This document shows positions 32,056-43,857 of a stretch of 64,000 nucleotides of DNA, piece after piece. The translations under genes and the position numbers were made by a program. This DNA comes from Casimicrobiaceae bacterium (GTDB lineage: Bacteria > Pseudomonadota > Gammaproteobacteria > Burkholderiales > Casimicrobiaceae), in the NCBI GenBank assembly GCA_035501595.1, contig DATJVX010000061.1, positions 66,233 through 130,232 of the forward strand, given 5' to 3'. Each line of letters opens with the position of its first letter. Within the stretch, counting starts at the first letter, position 1. A model generated the notes under the pieces. That model did not search any database. It was not told the origin of the DNA and saw only the letters and a list, made by a program, of their open reading frames with translations.

Positions 32056-32104
32056 ATCACGCTAGAATGCTGCAGACCCGCAGCCAATACCGCGGTCCCC
32101 ACCG

Positions 32105-33769
32105 ATGCGCACCGGCGGCCGAATACTCGTCGACAATCTGCTCGCCCAGGGGGTCGACCTCGCGTTTTGCGTTCCCGGCGAGAGCTACCTCGCGGTGCTC
32201 GATGCGCTCTTCGACGTGCGCGAGCGGTTGCGGCTCATCGTCTGCCGGCAGGAAGGCGGGGCCGCGTACATGGCCGAGGCCTACGGCAAGCTGACCGGTC
32301 GCCCCGGCGTGCTTTTCGTGACCCGCGGTCCCGGAGCCTCGAACGCCGCGATCGGCATACACACGGCGATGCAGGATTCCACGCCCCTGGTGGCGTTCGT
32401 CGGGCAGATCGGCGGCGACGTCGTCGACCGCGAATCCTTCCAGGAGATCGACTACCGGCGCATGTTCGCGAGCGTGGCGAAATGGGCTGCGCAGATCGAC
32501 CGCGCGGAGCGAATTCCCGAGTACGTCGCGCGGGCGTTTCGCGTGGCGATGTCGGGTCGCCCCGGCCCGGTCGTCCTCGCGCTGCCCGAGGACATGCTCG
32601 TCGCCACCGCCGAGGTCGCAGATGCGCGACGCGTTGAGCCGGCGACGGTCCATCCCTCGGCCTCCCAGATGCGCGAGCTCACCTCGCTGCTGCGCGGCGC
32701 GAAGCGGCCGCTCGCGATCGCCGGCGGCAGCGGCTGGAGCGCGGAGGCCTGCGCGAATCTTGCGCGGTTCGCGGAGGCGAGCGCGCTCCCCGTCGCTTGC
32801 GCGTTCAGAAACCAGGACGTCTTCGACAACCGGCACCCCAACTACGCCGGCGACGTCGGCATCGGCATCAACCCGAGGCTCGCGGAGCGCGTGCGAGGCG
32901 CCGATGTCCTGCTGGTCATCGGCGAGCGGCTGGGCGAGATGGTGACGGGCGGCTATTCGCTCGTCGAGCCGCCGACGCCGAAGCAGACGCTGGTCCACGT
33001 CCATCCCGGAGGCGACGAGCTCGGCCGGGTGTATCAGCCCGCGCTTCCGATCGAGTCCAGCGTCGCGGCATTCTGCGCGTCGCTGACGACGATGGAGCGC
33101 ATCGACGCGTCGTCCTGGGCGGGCAGTGCGCAGCTCGCCCACGCGGCGTATCTCGAGTGGCAGACGCCGCGCCCGATGCCCGGTCCGGTCGACCTCTGGC
33201 AGGTCGTTGCCGCGTTGCGCGAGCGGCTTCCGGAAAATGCGATCGTCGCCAACGGCGCGGGCAACTACGTGAGCTGGTTGGCCCGGCTCTACCGCTATCC
33301 CCGGTATCGCACGCAGCTCGCGCCCTACAACGGATCGATGGGCTACGGAGTGCCCGCGGCGATCGCGGCGAAGGCCGTGCACCCCGACCGCGTCGTCGTC
33401 TCGTGGAACGGCGACGGCTGCTTCCTCATGAACGGGCAGGAGCTCGCGACCGCCGTGCAATACGGGCTGCCGATCGTCTTCGTCATCGTGGATAATGGCA
33501 TGTACGGAACCATCCGCATGCACCAGGAGCGCCACTACCCGAGGCGGGTCTACGGCACGGCGCTCGAGAACCCGGACTTCGCCGCGCTGGCGCGAGCCTA
33601 CGGCGCCGCCGGAGAGACCGTCAGCCGGACCGAGGAGTTCGCTCCGGCGTTCGAACGCGCCCTCGCTGCGAACCGCCCTGCCCTCCTGCATCTCGTCGTC
33701 GATCCGCAGGCGGTCACCATGAACGCCACCATCGACGATCTGCGCCGCCAGTCGGCCGCTCGAAGCTGA
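32105..33769 (+). CDS. thiamine-diphosphate-dependent enzyme, acetolactate-synthase large-subunit family
   Basis: 554 aa: N-terminal TPP pyrimidine-binding domain ([13 protein letters not shown]...TRGPGASNA), and the C-terminal TPP-binding motif [11 protein letters not shown]...[12 protein letters not shown]. The physiological substrate cannot be determined. Confidence 0.88.
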   Translation: MRTGGRILVDNLLAQGVDLAFCVPGESYLAVLDALFDVRERLRLIVCRQEGGAAYMAEAYGKLTGRPGVLFVTRGPGASNAAIGIHTAMQDSTPLVAFVGQIGGDVVDRESFQEIDYRRMFASVAKWAAQIDRAERIPEYVARAFRVAMSGRPGPVVLALPEDMLVATAEVADARRVEPATVHPSASQMRELTSLLRGAKRPLAIAGGSGWSAEACANLARFAEASALPVACAFRNQDVFDNRHPNYAGDVGIGINPRLAERVRGADVLLVIGERLGEMVTGGYSLVEPPTPKQTLVHVHPGGDELGRVYQPALPIESSVAAFCASLTTMERIDASSWAGSAQLAHAAYLEWQTPRPMPGPVDLWQVVAALRERLPENAIVANGAGNYVSWLARLYRYPRYRTQLAPYNGSMGYGVPAAIAAKAVHPDRVVVSWNGDGCFLMNGQELATAVQYGLPIVFVIVDNGMYGTIRMHQERHYPRRVYGTALENPDFAALARAYGAAGETVSRTEEFAPAFERALAANRPALLHLVVDPQAVTMNATIDDLRRQSAARS

Positions 33770-33783
33770 GCGGCTCGCGCGTC

Positions 33784-35628
33784 ATGGCCTCCGCCGACCT
33801 GCTCTCGGTGGCTTCGCTCTCGGTCGAGTTCCGCAGCTCCGAGCGCGTCGTCGCGGCGGTTCGGAACGTTTCCTTCACGGTCGGCCGGGGCGAGACGATC
33901 GCGATCGTCGGCGAATCCGGGTCCGGCAAGTCCGTGACCGCGCTGTCGCTGATGCGCCTCGTCGAGCACGGCGGAGGCACGATCACCTCGGGCAGCCTCG
34001 AGTTCCAGCGCCCGGGCGGCGAGCGCATCGACCTCGCGCGTGCCGACGGCGCGACCATGCGCGCAATCCGCGGCGCGGAGATCGCGATGATCTTCCAGGA
34101 GCCGATGACCTCGCTCAATCCGGTCTATACCGTGGGCGAGCAGATCGCGGAGTCCATTCGCCTGCACCAGGGCAAGGATCGATCCGCCGCGCGGCGCGGC
34201 GCGCTCGGCATGCTCGAGCAGGTTCGCATTCCCGAGGCGAGGCAGGTCCTCGATCGCTACCCGCACCAGCTCTCCGGGGGCATGCGCCAGCGAGTGATGA
34301 TCGCGATGGCGCTGTCCTGCCAGCCGGCGCTCCTGATCGCGGACGAGCCCACGACCGCTCTCGACGTGACGATCCAGGCGCAGATCCTGCAGCTCATCCG
34401 AGCGCTGCAGGACGAGATGCACATGGCGGTCATCTTCATCACCCACGACATGGGGGTGGTCGCCGAAGTCGCCGAGCGCGTCGTCGTCATGTACCAGGGC
34501 AGCAAGGTGGAGGACGGTCCGGCCGAGGCGATCTTCCACGCGCCCCAGCACGCCTACACGCGGGCGCTGCTGGCGGCGGTCCCGACCCTGGGCTCGATGC
34601 GAGGAACCGACAAGCCGGAGCGCTTCTCGCTCGTCGGCGCCGACGCCGGCATGTCCGGATCCGCGCCGACGCGGCCCGCCGTTCCCTCCACCGCTGCGCC
34701 GATTCTCCGCGTGCGCGGGCTCAAGACGGGCTTCGACCTGCCCTCCGGTTTCTTCGGCCGCGTGCACCGGCGCGTGCACGCCGTCGAGCAGGTCACGTTC
34801 GATTTGAACGCGGGCGAGACCCTCGCGCTGGTGGGCGAATCCGGCTGCGGGAAGTCCACCACCGGGCGTTCGCTCCTGCGGCTGGTCGACATCGACGCCG
34901 GCTCGATCGAATTCGGCGGCCGCGACATCGCCCGCCTCCCGGCCGACGAGCTGCGGCCGCTCCGGCGCGAGATCCAGATGGTGTTCCAGGATCCCTATGC
35001 GTCGCTCGACCCGCGGCTGACGGTCGGCTTCTCGATCGCCGAGCCGCTGTACGTCCACGACGCGGCGCGCGGCACGGAAGCCGACGCCCGCGTGGCGTGG
35101 CTGCTCTCGCACGTCGGACTCGCGCCGGAGCACGCGCAACGCTACCCGCACGAGTTCTCAGGCGGCCAGCGGCAGCGGATCGCCATCGCGCGCGCGCTCG
35201 CCCTGCAGCCGAAGATCATCATCGCCGACGAGGCCGTGTCGGCGCTCGACGTGTCGATCCGCGCGCAGATCGTCAACCTCATGCTCGATCTGCAGGCGGA
35301 GTTCGGCCTGTCCTATCTGTTCATTTCCCACGACATGGCGGTCGTCGAGCGCGTGAGTCACCGCGTGGCCGTGATGTACCTGGGGCAGATCGTGGAGATC
35401 GGCCCGAGGCGGGCCGTCTTCGAGGATCCCCGCCACCCCTATACCCGGAAGCTGCTCGCGGCCGTGCCGATCGCCGACCCCGCGCGACGGCAGCGAAAAA
35501 GGGAGTTATCATCCGACGAAATACCGAGCCCCGTGCGCGCCGTCGGCGACGAGCCGATCGTGCTTCCGCTGCAAGAAGTCGCTCCGGGACACTTCGTGGC
35601 CAAGCATCGCGTCGGCGGCGCCTATTGA
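33784..35628 (+). CDS. gsiA: fused double ATP-binding subunit of a peptide/glutathione ABC importer
   Basis: 614 aa with two Walker A sites ([16 protein letters not shown]) and two signatures ([16 protein letters not shown]). Same order as the E. coli gsiABCD operon. Confidence 0.88.
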   Translation: MASADLLSVASLSVEFRSSERVVAAVRNVSFTVGRGETIAIVGESGSGKSVTALSLMRLVEHGGGTITSGSLEFQRPGGERIDLARADGATMRAIRGAEIAMIFQEPMTSLNPVYTVGEQIAESIRLHQGKDRSAARRGALGMLEQVRIPEARQVLDRYPHQLSGGMRQRVMIAMALSCQPALLIADEPTTALDVTIQAQILQLIRALQDEMHMAVIFITHDMGVVAEVAERVVVMYQGSKVEDGPAEAIFHAPQHAYTRALLAAVPTLGSMRGTDKPERFSLVGADAGMSGSAPTRPAVPSTAAPILRVRGLKTGFDLPSGFFGRVHRRVHAVEQVTFDLNAGETLALVGESGCGKSTTGRSLLRLVDIDAGSIEFGGRDIARLPADELRPLRREIQMVFQDPYASLDPRLTVGFSIAEPLYVHDAARGTEADARVAWLLSHVGLAPEHAQRYPHEFSGGQRQRIAIARALALQPKIIIADEAVSALDVSIRAQIVNLMLDLQAEFGLSYLFISHDMAVVERVSHRVAVMYLGQIVEIGPRRAVFEDPRHPYTRKLLAAVPIADPARRQRKRELSSDEIPSPVRAVGDEPIVLPLQEVAPGHFVAKHRVGGAY

Positions 35629-35684
35629 CGGCTCCGCCCGTACCCGTCGACCTGTAGACGAATCGCCGAAACTGGAGAACCTGC

Positions 35685-37229
35685 ATGAAATCGCTTTTTC
35701 GCCTGCTTCTCGCTTCCGCCGCAGCCGTCGCGCTCCTCGCGGTCGCGCCGGCTTTCGCCAGCAAGGACGTCGTCTTCGCGGTCGCCTCGACGTTCACGAC
35801 CACCGACCCCTACGACGCGAACGACACGCTGTCGCAGGCGATGGCCAAGTCCTTCTACGAAGGGCTGTACGGCTTCGACAAGGACATGAAGATGATCCCC
35901 GTGCTGGCCGAGAGCTACGAGGTCAGCAAGGACGGGCTGGTCTACACCATCAAGCTCAGGAAAGGCGTGAAGTTCCACGACGGCACCGACTTCAAGGCCG
36001 ACGCGGTCAAGGTGAATCTCGACCGGGTGACCAATCCGGACAACCACCTCAAGCGCTACGGCCTCTACAACAACAACATCGCCAAGGTCGAGGTCGTCGA
36101 CGATTACACCGCGCGCATCACGCTCAAGACGCCGTTCTCGCCCTTCATCGCCCAGCTCGCCCATCCATCGACGGTGATGATCAGCCCCACGGCGCTCAAG
36201 CAATGGGGCAGCAAGGACATCGCGTTCCATCCCGTGGGTACCGGACCGTTCAAGTTCGTCGAATGGAAGCAGACCGACTACCTCAGGGTCGCGAAGTTCG
36301 ACGGCTACTGGAGGAAGGGCTATCCCAAGATCGATACGATCACCTGGAAGCCGGTCGTCGACAACAACTCGCGCGCGGCGCTGATGCAGACCGGAGAGGC
36401 GCAGTTCACGTTTCCGCTGCCCTACGAGCAGGCCGAGCTGCTCAAGACCAAGCCGGACCTGGAAGTCGTCGCCGCGCCGTCGATCGTGCTGCGCTACCTG
36501 TCGATGAACACCCAGAAGAAGCCGTTCGACAACGTCAAGGTGCGGCAGGCGATCGCGTATGCGATCAACAAGGAAGCGCTGGCCAAGGTCGCGTTCAACG
36601 GCTACGCCACGCCGGCGTTGGGCGTCGCGCCGCAGGGCGTGGAGTACGCGGTCAAGATCGGCGAATGGCCCTATGACCTCGCCAAGGCCAAGGAGCTGAT
36701 GAAGGAGGCCGGCTATCCGGACGGATTCGAGACCGAGCTGTGGTCGGCGTACAACCACACGACCGCGCAGAAGGTCACGCAATTCATTCAGCAGCAGCTC
36801 CAGCAGATCGGGATCCGGACCAAGATCACACTCCTCGAAGCCGGACAGCGGGTGGAGAAGGTCGAGAGCTGGCAGGATCCGGCGACGGCGCCGGTGCGTC
36901 TGTACTACGTGGGCTGGTCGACGTCGACGGGCGAGGCGGACTGGGCGCTGCGGCCGCTGCTCGACGGCGGTTCGTGGCCGCCGCGGCTCTTCAACACCGC
37001 GTACTACAAGAACCCTCAGGTCGACGCCGACATCAAGAACGCGCAGCTCACGACCAGCGACGCCGAGAAGGCGAAGCTCTACAAGGACGCGCAGGAAACC
37101 ATCTGGAAGGACGCGCCGTGGGCGCCGCTGGTCGTCGAGAAGCTGCTCTCGGCGCACAACAGGAAGCTCACGGGCGTCTACGTCATTCCCGATGCGTCGT
37201 TCAATTTCACCGAGGTCGATTTGCAGTGA
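35685..37229 (+). CDS. gsiB: family-5 periplasmic substrate-binding protein (glutathione/dipeptide type)
   Basis: 514 aa with signal peptide [25 protein letters not shown]. Strong resemblance along its length to GsiB/DppA-type binding proteins ([28 protein letters not shown]). RBS GGAGA 7 nt upstream. Confidence 0.9.
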   Translation: MKSLFRLLLASAAAVALLAVAPAFASKDVVFAVASTFTTTDPYDANDTLSQAMAKSFYEGLYGFDKDMKMIPVLAESYEVSKDGLVYTIKLRKGVKFHDGTDFKADAVKVNLDRVTNPDNHLKRYGLYNNNIAKVEVVDDYTARITLKTPFSPFIAQLAHPSTVMISPTALKQWGSKDIAFHPVGTGPFKFVEWKQTDYLRVAKFDGYWRKGYPKIDTITWKPVVDNNSRAALMQTGEAQFTFPLPYEQAELLKTKPDLEVVAAPSIVLRYLSMNTQKKPFDNVKVRQAIAYAINKEALAKVAFNGYATPALGVAPQGVEYAVKIGEWPYDLAKAKELMKEAGYPDGFETELWSAYNHTTAQKVTQFIQQQLQQIGIRTKITLLEAGQRVEKVESWQDPATAPVRLYYVGWSTSTGEADWALRPLLDGGSWPPRLFNTAYYKNPQVDADIKNAQLTTSDAEKAKLYKDAQETIWKDAPWAPLVVEKLLSAHNRKLTGVYVIPDASFNFTEVDLQ

Positions 37230-37405
37230 CGCCTTCGTCCAAGAGCGGGCCGCGGAGCCGGCCCGCGATTGGAAGCCAATGCATCATCCCCGCGAACGCG
37301 GGGCTCCGGCGTCGTTCCCGGGATAAGTAGCGACGACACCGGGTCTACGCCTGCGCGGGGACGACCAAGCCTCGTCGAGCCACAGGCACCCGGCCGAACG
37401 CGCGC

Positions 37406-38326
37406 ATGCTCCCCTACCTCGTCAAGCGCCTGCTCGGGCTGGTCCCCACGCTGCTTCTCGTCGCGGTCCTGGTGTTCCTGTTCGTGCACCTGCTGCCCGG
37501 CGATCCGGCGCGGCTGGCGGCGGGGCCGGATGCGACGGCCGAGACGGTGGCGCTGGTGCGCCAGGATCTCGACCTCGACAAGTCGCTCCCCGAGCAGTTC
37601 GCGCGCTTCGCCTCCGGGGCGCTGCGTGGCGACCTCGGGCGCTCGGTGCGCACCAAGCGTCCGGTCTCGACCGAGATCGCCGAGCGCTTCTGGCCGACGT
37701 TCTGGCTTACCGTCGCCGCCATGGCCTGGTCGGTGACCTTCGGGATGGCGATCGGCATCGCGTCGGCGGTGTGGCGCAATCGCTGGCCCGACCGCATCGG
37801 CATGACCCTCGCCGTCTCCGGCATCTCCTTCCCGGCGTTCGCGCTCGGGATGGTGCTGATGCAGGTCTTCTCGGTCCAGCTCGGCTGGCTCCCAACCGTC
37901 GGCGCCGATACCTGGCGGCACTACATCCTGCCGTCGCTCACCCTAGGCGCGGCCGTCGCTGCGATCATGGCGCGCTTCACCCGCTCGTCGTTCGTCGACA
38001 TCTTGAAGGAGGACTACGTCCGGACGGCGCGAGCCAAGGGCCTGCGCGAGACCATCGTCGTGATCAAGCACGGCTTGCGCAACGCGCTCATCCCCGTGGT
38101 GACGATGATGGGGCTGCAGTTCGGCTTCCTCCTCGGCGGCTCGATCGTGGTCGAGGTCGTGTTCAACTGGCCGGGGATGGGACGGCTGCTCGTCGACGCG
38201 GTGGACATGCGCGACTATCCGGTGATCCAAGGCCTGGTGCTGCTGTTCTCGCTCGAGTTCGTCCTGATCAACCTCATCGTCGACGTCCTCTACGCGGTCA
38301 TCAATCCCGCCATTCGCTACCGATGA
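37406..38326 (+). CDS. gsiC: ABC transporter permease (DppB/GsiC type)
   Basis: 306 aa: [24 protein letters not shown]..., with the EAA-loop region [12 protein letters not shown]. Confidence 0.9.
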   Translation: MLPYLVKRLLGLVPTLLLVAVLVFLFVHLLPGDPARLAAGPDATAETVALVRQDLDLDKSLPEQFARFASGALRGDLGRSVRTKRPVSTEIAERFWPTFWLTVAAMAWSVTFGMAIGIASAVWRNRWPDRIGMTLAVSGISFPAFALGMVLMQVFSVQLGWLPTVGADTWRHYILPSLTLGAAVAAIMARFTRSSFVDILKEDYVRTARAKGLRETIVVIKHGLRNALIPVVTMMGLQFGFLLGGSIVVEVVFNWPGMGRLLVDAVDMRDYPVIQGLVLLFSLEFVLINLIVDVLYAVINPAIRYR

Positions 38327-39210
38327 CCACCGCGACCGCCTCTGCCACGCTGCCGGCTGAAGTCCGCACGCCGTGGACCGAGTTCTGGCGCAAGTTCAAG
38401 AAGCAGCGCGTGGCCTGCGCGGCCGGCGGCTTCGTCGCGCTGCTGGTCGTCGTGGCCATCCTCGCCCCGTGGATCGTTCCGTACGACGCCGAGAATTTCT
38501 TCGACTACGACAGCCTGAACGCGCTGCCCTCGCTCAAGCACTGGTTCGGCGTCGATCCACTTGGCCGCGACATCTTCAGCCGCATCGTCGTCGGCTCGCG
38601 CATCTCGCTCACCGCCGGCTTCGTCTCGGTCGCCGTCGGCGCGGTCGTGGGCACGGCGCTCGGTCTGGTCGCCGGCTACTACGAAGGGCTCTGGGATCGC
38701 CTGATCATGCGCGTCTGCGACGTGCTCTTCGCCTTCCCCGGGATCCTGCTCGCGATCGGCATCGTCGCGATTCTCGGCGGCGGCATGGTCAACGTGATCA
38801 TCGCGGTGGCGATCTTCAGCATTCCCACTTTCGCGAGGCTGGTCCGCGGCAACACGCTCGCGCTCAAGCATCTGACCTTCGTCGAGGCGGCGCGGAGCAT
38901 CGGGGCGTCGGACTGGACGATCGTGACGCGCCACATCTTTCCCGGGACGATTCCCGCCGTGGTCGTGTACTTCTCGCTGCGCATCGGCACCTCGATCATC
39001 ACCGCCGCGAGCCTCTCCTTCATCGGGATGGGCGCACAGCCGCCGACGCCAGAGTGGGGCGCCATGCTGAACGAAGCGCGCGCCGACATGATGACCTCGC
39101 CTCATGTGGCGCTGTTCCCGAGCCTGGCGATCTTCCTGACCGTGCTGGCGTTCAACCTTCTGGGCGACGGCCTGCGCGACGCGCTCGATCCCAAGCTCGA
39201 GCGCCAATGA
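38323..39210 (+). CDS. gsiD: ABC transporter permease (DppC/GsiD type)
   Basis: [29 protein letters not shown]... from ATG 38323 (ATGA overlap with the gsiC stop). EAA-like [11 protein letters not shown]. The listed ORF 37771..39210 carries an out-of-gene N-terminal extension. Confidence 0.9.
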   Translation: MTTATASATLPAEVRTPWTEFWRKFKKQRVACAAGGFVALLVVVAILAPWIVPYDAENFFDYDSLNALPSLKHWFGVDPLGRDIFSRIVVGSRISLTAGFVSVAVGAVVGTALGLVAGYYEGLWDRLIMRVCDVLFAFPGILLAIGIVAILGGGMVNVIIAVAIFSIPTFARLVRGNTLALKHLTFVEAARSIGASDWTIVTRHIFPGTIPAVVVYFSLRIGTSIITAASLSFIGMGAQPPTPEWGAMLNEARADMMTSPHVALFPSLAIFLTVLAFNLLGDGLRDALDPKLERQ

Positions 39211-39905
39211 GCCCGGCGGCGGGCCGGCGGGCATGGCCCAGGCTGGTCCTGCTCGCCGCGTTCGGCGTCGCGCTGGCCGCCTTCCTCGTCTTCGGCGGCG
39301 AGCGCTACCTGACGCTCGATTGGGTGAAGGAGCGCGCCGCCTCGCTGCAGGGCTTCACCGACGCTCACTACGCCGAAGCGCTCGCACTCGCTTTCGCGAT
39401 CTATGTGACCGCGATCACGTTGAGCCTGCCGAGCGGCACGATCCTTTCGCTCACCTTCGGCTTCCTGTTCGGCCGCTGGGTCGCCAGCGCGCTGGTCGTC
39501 ACGGCAGGCACGCTCGGCGCCACCCTGGTCTTTCTCGGCGCCCGCTACCTCTTCGGCAACGCGGTGCGCGCGCGGCTCGGTCGCGTCGGCGCGAAGATCA
39601 ACGAGGGATTCACGCGCGACGGGTTCAGCTGGCTCCTCTTCTTGCGCCTGATGCCGGTCTTTCCCCACTTCCTGGTCAATCTCGTGCCGGCGCTGACCGC
39701 CATCCGCGTGCCCAGCTACGTCGCCGCAACCTGCATCGGGATTCTGCCGAGCACGCTGATCATCACCAACCTGGGCCAGGCGCTGGGCCATCTCGAATCC
39801 ACGCGGGGGCTGCTGACGCCCGAGGCGCTGATCGCGCTGAGCCTGCTGGGCCTGCTCGCACTGCTCCCCGTGCTGGCGCACTACCGGCGCGCGCGCAGGC
39901 GGTGA
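39207..39905 (+). CDS. TVP38/TMEM64 (DedA-related, SNARE-associated) family membrane protein
   Basis: [29 protein letters not shown]... [24 protein letters not shown] 39207 overlaps the gsiD stop (ATGA). Confidence 0.85.
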   Translation: MSPAAGRRAWPRLVLLAAFGVALAAFLVFGGERYLTLDWVKERAASLQGFTDAHYAEALALAFAIYVTAITLSLPSGTILSLTFGFLFGRWVASALVVTAGTLGATLVFLGARYLFGNAVRARLGRVGAKINEGFTRDGFSWLLFLRLMPVFPHFLVNLVPALTAIRVPSYVAATCIGILPSTLIITNLGQALGHLESTRGLLTPEALIALSLLGLLALLPVLAHYRRARRR

Positions 39906-39924
39906 CGCCCGGGTACGCGAGGGA

Positions 39925-40944
39925 CTAGTCGTCGCTGGTCGCGCAGGCCACCGACGGCCCGAGCTTTTCCTTCGCCGCGGCGACCTGCGTGGTCTCGGGC
40001 AGCGCCACGCCGTTCTTGGCGGCGGTGATCTCGGCCAGGATGGAGATCGCGATCTCGGGCGGCGTGCGGCTGCCGATGTAGAGGCCGATCGGCCCGTGCA
40101 GCCGCTCGATCTGCCTGGGTGTCAGCTCGAATTCCTCGAGCCGCCGGCGGCGCTTGGCGTTGTTGGCGCGCGAGCCCAGCGCGCCGACGTAGAACGCGCG
40201 CGACTTGAGCGCCTCCATCAGCGCGAGATCGTCGAGCTTCGGGTCGTGGGTCAGCGCGACCACGGCGCAGCGCTCGTCGAGCTGCATGTCGATCACGGTA
40301 TCGTCGGGCATCGTGCGCACCAGCGCCACGCCCGGGACGTCCCAGGTCTCGACGTACTCCTCGCGCGGATCGCACACCGTGACCTGGTAGTCGAGGCCGA
40401 CGGCGATCTGCGCCAGATACTTGGAGAGCTGCCCCGCGCCGATCACCAGCATGCGGTAGCGCGGTCCGTGCACGGTCGTGAGCACCTGGCCGTCGAATGC
40501 GAGACCGTCGGTCGCGCGCCCCGCCCCGAGGCGAACCTCGGCCGTATCGAGATCGAGGCTGCGGGCGACGAGCCGGCCGGAGCGCACCTGGTCGAGCAGC
40601 TCGCCGATGCGGCTGTTCGCGCCGAGCGGCTCCAGGACGAGCTGAATCGTGCCGCCGCAGGGGAGCCCGAACCTCCGCGCATCGTCGGCAGACACGCCGT
40701 AGGTCACCGCGCGCGGCTCGGTGACGTACGCGCCCTCGCGCCGCGAGCGCTCGACGATGTCGTCCTCGATGCAGCCGCCGGACACCGAGCCGACGACGTG
40801 GCCGTCGTCGCGCACCGCCAGCAGCGCGCCCGGCGGCCGCGGAGAGCTGCCCCAGGTCTTCACGACCGTGACCAGCAGCACGCGGCGGCCCGCGGCGAGC
40901 CATTCCGCGCTCTTGCGCAGCACTTCGAGATCGACGCTATCCAT
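39925..40944 (-). CDS. XdhC/CoxI-family molybdoenzyme maturation factor
   Basis: 339 aa: VVKTWGSSPRPPGALLAVRDDGHVVGSVSGGCIE (XdhC_CoxI N-domain) plus a Rossmann-like C-domain (MLVIGAGQLSKYL). Confidence 0.9.
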   Translation of the reverse strand: MDSVDLEVLRKSAEWLAAGRRVLLVTVVKTWGSSPRPPGALLAVRDDGHVVGSVSGGCIEDDIVERSRREGAYVTEPRAVTYGVSADDARRFGLPCGGTIQLVLEPLGANSRIGELLDQVRSGRLVARSLDLDTAEVRLGAGRATDGLAFDGQVLTTVHGPRYRMLVIGAGQLSKYLAQIAVGLDYQVTVCDPREEYVETWDVPGVALVRTMPDDTVIDMQLDERCAVVALTHDPKLDDLALMEALKSRAFYVGALGSRANNAKRRRRLEEFELTPRQIERLHGPIGLYIGSRTPPEIAISILAEITAAKNGVALPETTQVAAAKEKLGPSVACATSDD

Positions 40945-41015
40945 GAGGAGGATCGGTTCGGGAGGTCAATCCCTGGGACCGACGAAGCGCGCTCAGGGTT
41001 CGTCCGAAGTCCATT

Positions 41016-41579
41016 CTACCCTCGTCGCGTCAGCCAGTAGATCGCCACGGCGACGATGACGGCGATCGCGAGCCCGAGGCGCCAGACCAGCGACCGGGAG
41101 GCCGCGAGAGGCGCCTGAGCCGGCTGCGCCGCTGCCGCGGCCCCGCCGACGCGCTCGACGAAGCGCGCGAAAAAATCCTCGGCGACCTTCGCTGCCGCCG
41201 CGTCGACGAGGCGCGAGCCGATCTGCGCCAGCTTGCCGCCGACCTGTGCAGTCGCGCTGTAGTCGATGCGCGTTCCGCCGTCCTCGGTCACGAGTGCGAT
41301 CTTGGCCTCGCCGCGAGCGAAGCCCGCCGCGCCGCCCTGCCCCTCGAAGCTCATGCGGTACGACGACGGCGGGACGACGTCGGAAAGCGCGATCCGGCCG
41401 TTGAACTTCGCGGAAACGGGACCGACCCGGGCCGTCATCCCGACCTTGAACTCGTGATCCGAAGTGCGCTCGACCGATTCGCAGCCAGGAATGCATGCCT
41501 TGAGCGTTTCCGGATCGTTGAGCGCGGCCCAGGTCGCTTCGATCGGGGCCGGGACGGTGCGGTGACTGATGAGCTGCAT
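41016..41579 (-). CDS. CoxG-family SRPBCC protein with C-terminal membrane anchor
   Basis: 187 aa: MQLISHRTVPAPIEATWAALNDPETLKACIPGCESVE..., with tail WRLGLAIAVIVAVAIYWL. Confidence 0.88.
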   Translation of the reverse strand: MQLISHRTVPAPIEATWAALNDPETLKACIPGCESVERTSDHEFKVGMTARVGPVSAKFNGRIALSDVVPPSSYRMSFEGQGGAAGFARGEAKIALVTEDGGTRIDYSATAQVGGKLAQIGSRLVDAAAAKVAEDFFARFVERVGGAAAAAQPAQAPLAASRSLVWRLGLAIAVIVAVAIYWLTRRG

Positions 41580-41592
41580 CGAAGGTGCCTCC

Positions 41593-42834
41593 TCAAGCGG
41601 CGAACAGGGTCGCGGGGCTGCGCCATGCCGCTCGGCGCGACGCGCCGCGCAACGCGTGGCGCTCCTGGAAGCTCGCCGCGAGCTGCTTCAGGCTTTCGAG
41701 ATTGTGCACGGGCAGGAACTCGTCGACGTAGGGCAGCATCGCCCGGATCCCCGCCGGGCGCGCCTCGAACTTGTCGTAGCGCAGAAGCGGATTGAGCCAG
41801 ATCAGGCGCCGGCAGGATTTCGCGAGGCGCTCCATCTCGCGCGCGAGACCCGCGCCGACGTCGCTGTCGAGGCCGTCGCTGATGAGCAGCACGATGGCGC
41901 CCTGGCCGAGCAGCCGGCGCGACCAGCGGCGGTTGAACTCGCCGAGGCAGGCGCCGATGCGCGTGCCGCCCGCCCAGTCGGAGACTGCGGCCGAGACCCG
42001 GGCGACGGCGACATCGACGTCGCGCCGGCGCAGGTGGCGGGTGATGTTGGTGAGCCGCGTGCCGAAGAGCAGGGTGTGCACGCGGTCGCGGTCGTTGGTG
42101 ATCGCGTGCAGGAAAAAGAGCAGCATGCGCGAATAGCGGTCCATCGACCCCGAGATGTCGCAGAGCACGACGAGCGGCGGCCGGCGCCGCCGCCGCTCCC
42201 GCCATGCGAGCGGCACGACCGCTCCGCCGGCGGAGGCCATCGCGCGCAGCGACGCGCGCAGGTCGATCGCCGAGCCGTGGCGCGCGGCGACCGTCCGGCG
42301 CACTGGCCGCTCGGGCAGCGGCAGCCTAAGCCGCGCGATCATCGTCTTCACCTCGGAGAGCTCGGCTGAGGTCATGGTCTCGAAGTCCCGGGTCTGCAGC
42401 ACCTCGCGCGGCGAGAACGTGAACGCGGCATCGATCGTCGTTTCCTGCTCCTGCGCACGGGCGTCCTCGGCTCGCGGCGGCGCCAGCGCCTCGGCGAGAC
42501 GCGCCGGCAGCGGCGCTTCCGCCTCGGCTCGCGGCGCGCGGCTGTATACCTTGGGGAGGAGGAGCTGCATCATGCGCTCGAGCAGCCGCGGGTTGCGCCA
42601 GTAGAGCTCGAAGGCCTGGTCGAACAGCGCGGCCTGCTCGTGTCGCTCGATGAACACGGCCGCCAGCGCGGTGCGGAAGTCCTCGCGCTGCTCGACGCCC
42701 ACCGCCTGTACGGCCTCGAGCGCGGCGATCACCTTGGACGGCCCGACCGGGAGCCCGGCGGCGCGCAGCACGCGGGCGAAGTGCAGGATATTCTCCGCGA
42801 GCCGCCCGCTCGAGGCGCGCGCGAGGCTGGTCAC
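41593..42834 (-). CDS. VWA-domain protein, CoxE-like
   Basis: Real part of ORF 41593..43542 from GTG 42834 (VTSLARASSGRLAENILHFARVLRAAGLPVG...). VWA/MIDAS motif VVLCDISGSMD. GTGA overlap with the upstream MoxR stop. Confidence 0.88.
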   Translation of the reverse strand: MTSLARASSGRLAENILHFARVLRAAGLPVGPSKVIAALEAVQAVGVEQREDFRTALAAVFIERHEQAALFDQAFELYWRNPRLLERMMQLLLPKVYSRAPRAEAEAPLPARLAEALAPPRAEDARAQEQETTIDAAFTFSPREVLQTRDFETMTSAELSEVKTMIARLRLPLPERPVRRTVAARHGSAIDLRASLRAMASAGGAVVPLAWRERRRRRPPLVVLCDISGSMDRYSRMLLFFLHAITNDRDRVHTLLFGTRLTNITRHLRRRDVDVAVARVSAAVSDWAGGTRIGACLGEFNRRWSRRLLGQGAIVLLISDGLDSDVGAGLAREMERLAKSCRRLIWLNPLLRYDKFEARPAGIRAMLPYVDEFLPVHNLESLKQLAASFQERHALRGASRRAAWRSPATLFAA

Positions 42835-43754
42835 GATCGCAACTCGGCGGCCTCGGCGCGCGCCTCGGCGATGAGCTGCGCCGCCACCTCCGGCGTCACG
42901 GCACCGATGTCGTCCTGGTACTTCAGCAGCGCCCCGAGCGTGCTCGAGACCGTCTCCGGATCGAGAGCGATCCGGTCCAGCGCGACCAGCGCCTCCGCCC
43001 AGTCGAGGGTCTCGGCGATGCCCGGCGCCTTGAAGAGGTCCATCGCCCGCAGCCGCTGCGTGAAGGCCACGACTTCCCGCGACAGCTCCGTCGACGCGCC
43101 GGGAGCCTTGCGGCGGACGATCGCGAGCTCGCGCGCGGCGCTCGGATAGTCCACCCAGTGGTACAGGCACCGGCGCTTGATCGCGTCGTGGATCTCGCGC
43201 GTGCGGTTGGAGGTGATGACGACGATCGGCGGCGACGGCGCCTTGATCGGCCCGAGCTCCGGGATCGTGACCTGGTATTCGGCGAGCACCTCGAGCAGAT
43301 ACGCCTCGAAGGGCTCGTCGGTGCGATCGAGCTCGTCGATCAGGAGCACGGGCGCGGCACCCACCTGCGACGAGAGCGCCTGGAGAATCGGCCGGCGGAT
43401 CAGGAAATCCTCGCCGAAGATGTCGCCCGCGAGCGCGTCGCGGTCCACTTTGCCGATCGCCTCCGCGAGCCGGATCTCGATCATCTGGCGCGGGTAATTC
43501 CACTCGTACACCGCGGAGGCCGTGTCGAGGCCTTCGTAGCATTGCAGGCGCACGAGCTCGCGTCCGAGCGCGCGGGCGAGGACCTTGGCGATCTCCGTCT
43601 TGCCCACGCCCGCCTCGCCCTCGAGGAACAGCGGCCGGCTCATCTTCAGCGCGAGGAAGACGCTGGTCGCGAGCCGCCGGTCGGCGAAATAGTCGTGCTG
43701 CTCGAGCAAGCCGACGACGTCGTCGACGCTGCCGGGGAGAGGCTTGGGAGACAT
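42831..43754 (-). CDS. MoxR-family AAA+ ATPase, CoxD-like
   Basis: MSPKPLPGSVDDVVGLLEQHDYFADRR... Walker A GEAGVGKT, Walker B LLIDELDR. I prefer ATG 43754 because a perfect TATAAT (43787-43782) lies between it and the listed GTG 43805. Confidence 0.9.
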   Translation of the reverse strand: MSPKPLPGSVDDVVGLLEQHDYFADRRLATSVFLALKMSRPLFLEGEAGVGKTEIAKVLARALGRELVRLQCYEGLDTASAVYEWNYPRQMIEIRLAEAIGKVDRDALAGDIFGEDFLIRRPILQALSSQVGAAPVLLIDELDRTDEPFEAYLLEVLAEYQVTIPELGPIKAPSPPIVVITSNRTREIHDAIKRRCLYHWVDYPSAARELAIVRRKAPGASTELSREVVAFTQRLRAMDLFKAPGIAETLDWAEALVALDRIALDPETVSSTLGALLKYQDDIGAVTPEVAAQLIAEARAEAAELRS

Positions 43755-43781
43755 GGCGGAAGGCTGCGAAGAGACGGCCCG

Positions 43782-43787
43782 ATTATA
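43782..43787 (-). promoter_or_regulatory. putative -10 box (TATAAT) of the coxD-E-G-like genes
   Basis: Plus-strand ATTATA is TATAAT on the minus strand, 28 nt upstream of ATG 43754, inside an AT-richer stretch following the dnaE2 stop. Confidence 0.35.
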
Positions 43788-43857
43788 GCCCGCGCGAGGA
43801 GGCACGCCTTCGACATTATGCCATTGTCATTAGACGAACCGGCACCCGACGCAACCG

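Noticed and set aside
32063-32068. TAGAAT 36 nt upstream of the TPP-enzyme ATG as a -10 box.
   Set aside because: Plausible, but there is no acceptable -35 at 16-18 nt and no other support. Left uncalled.
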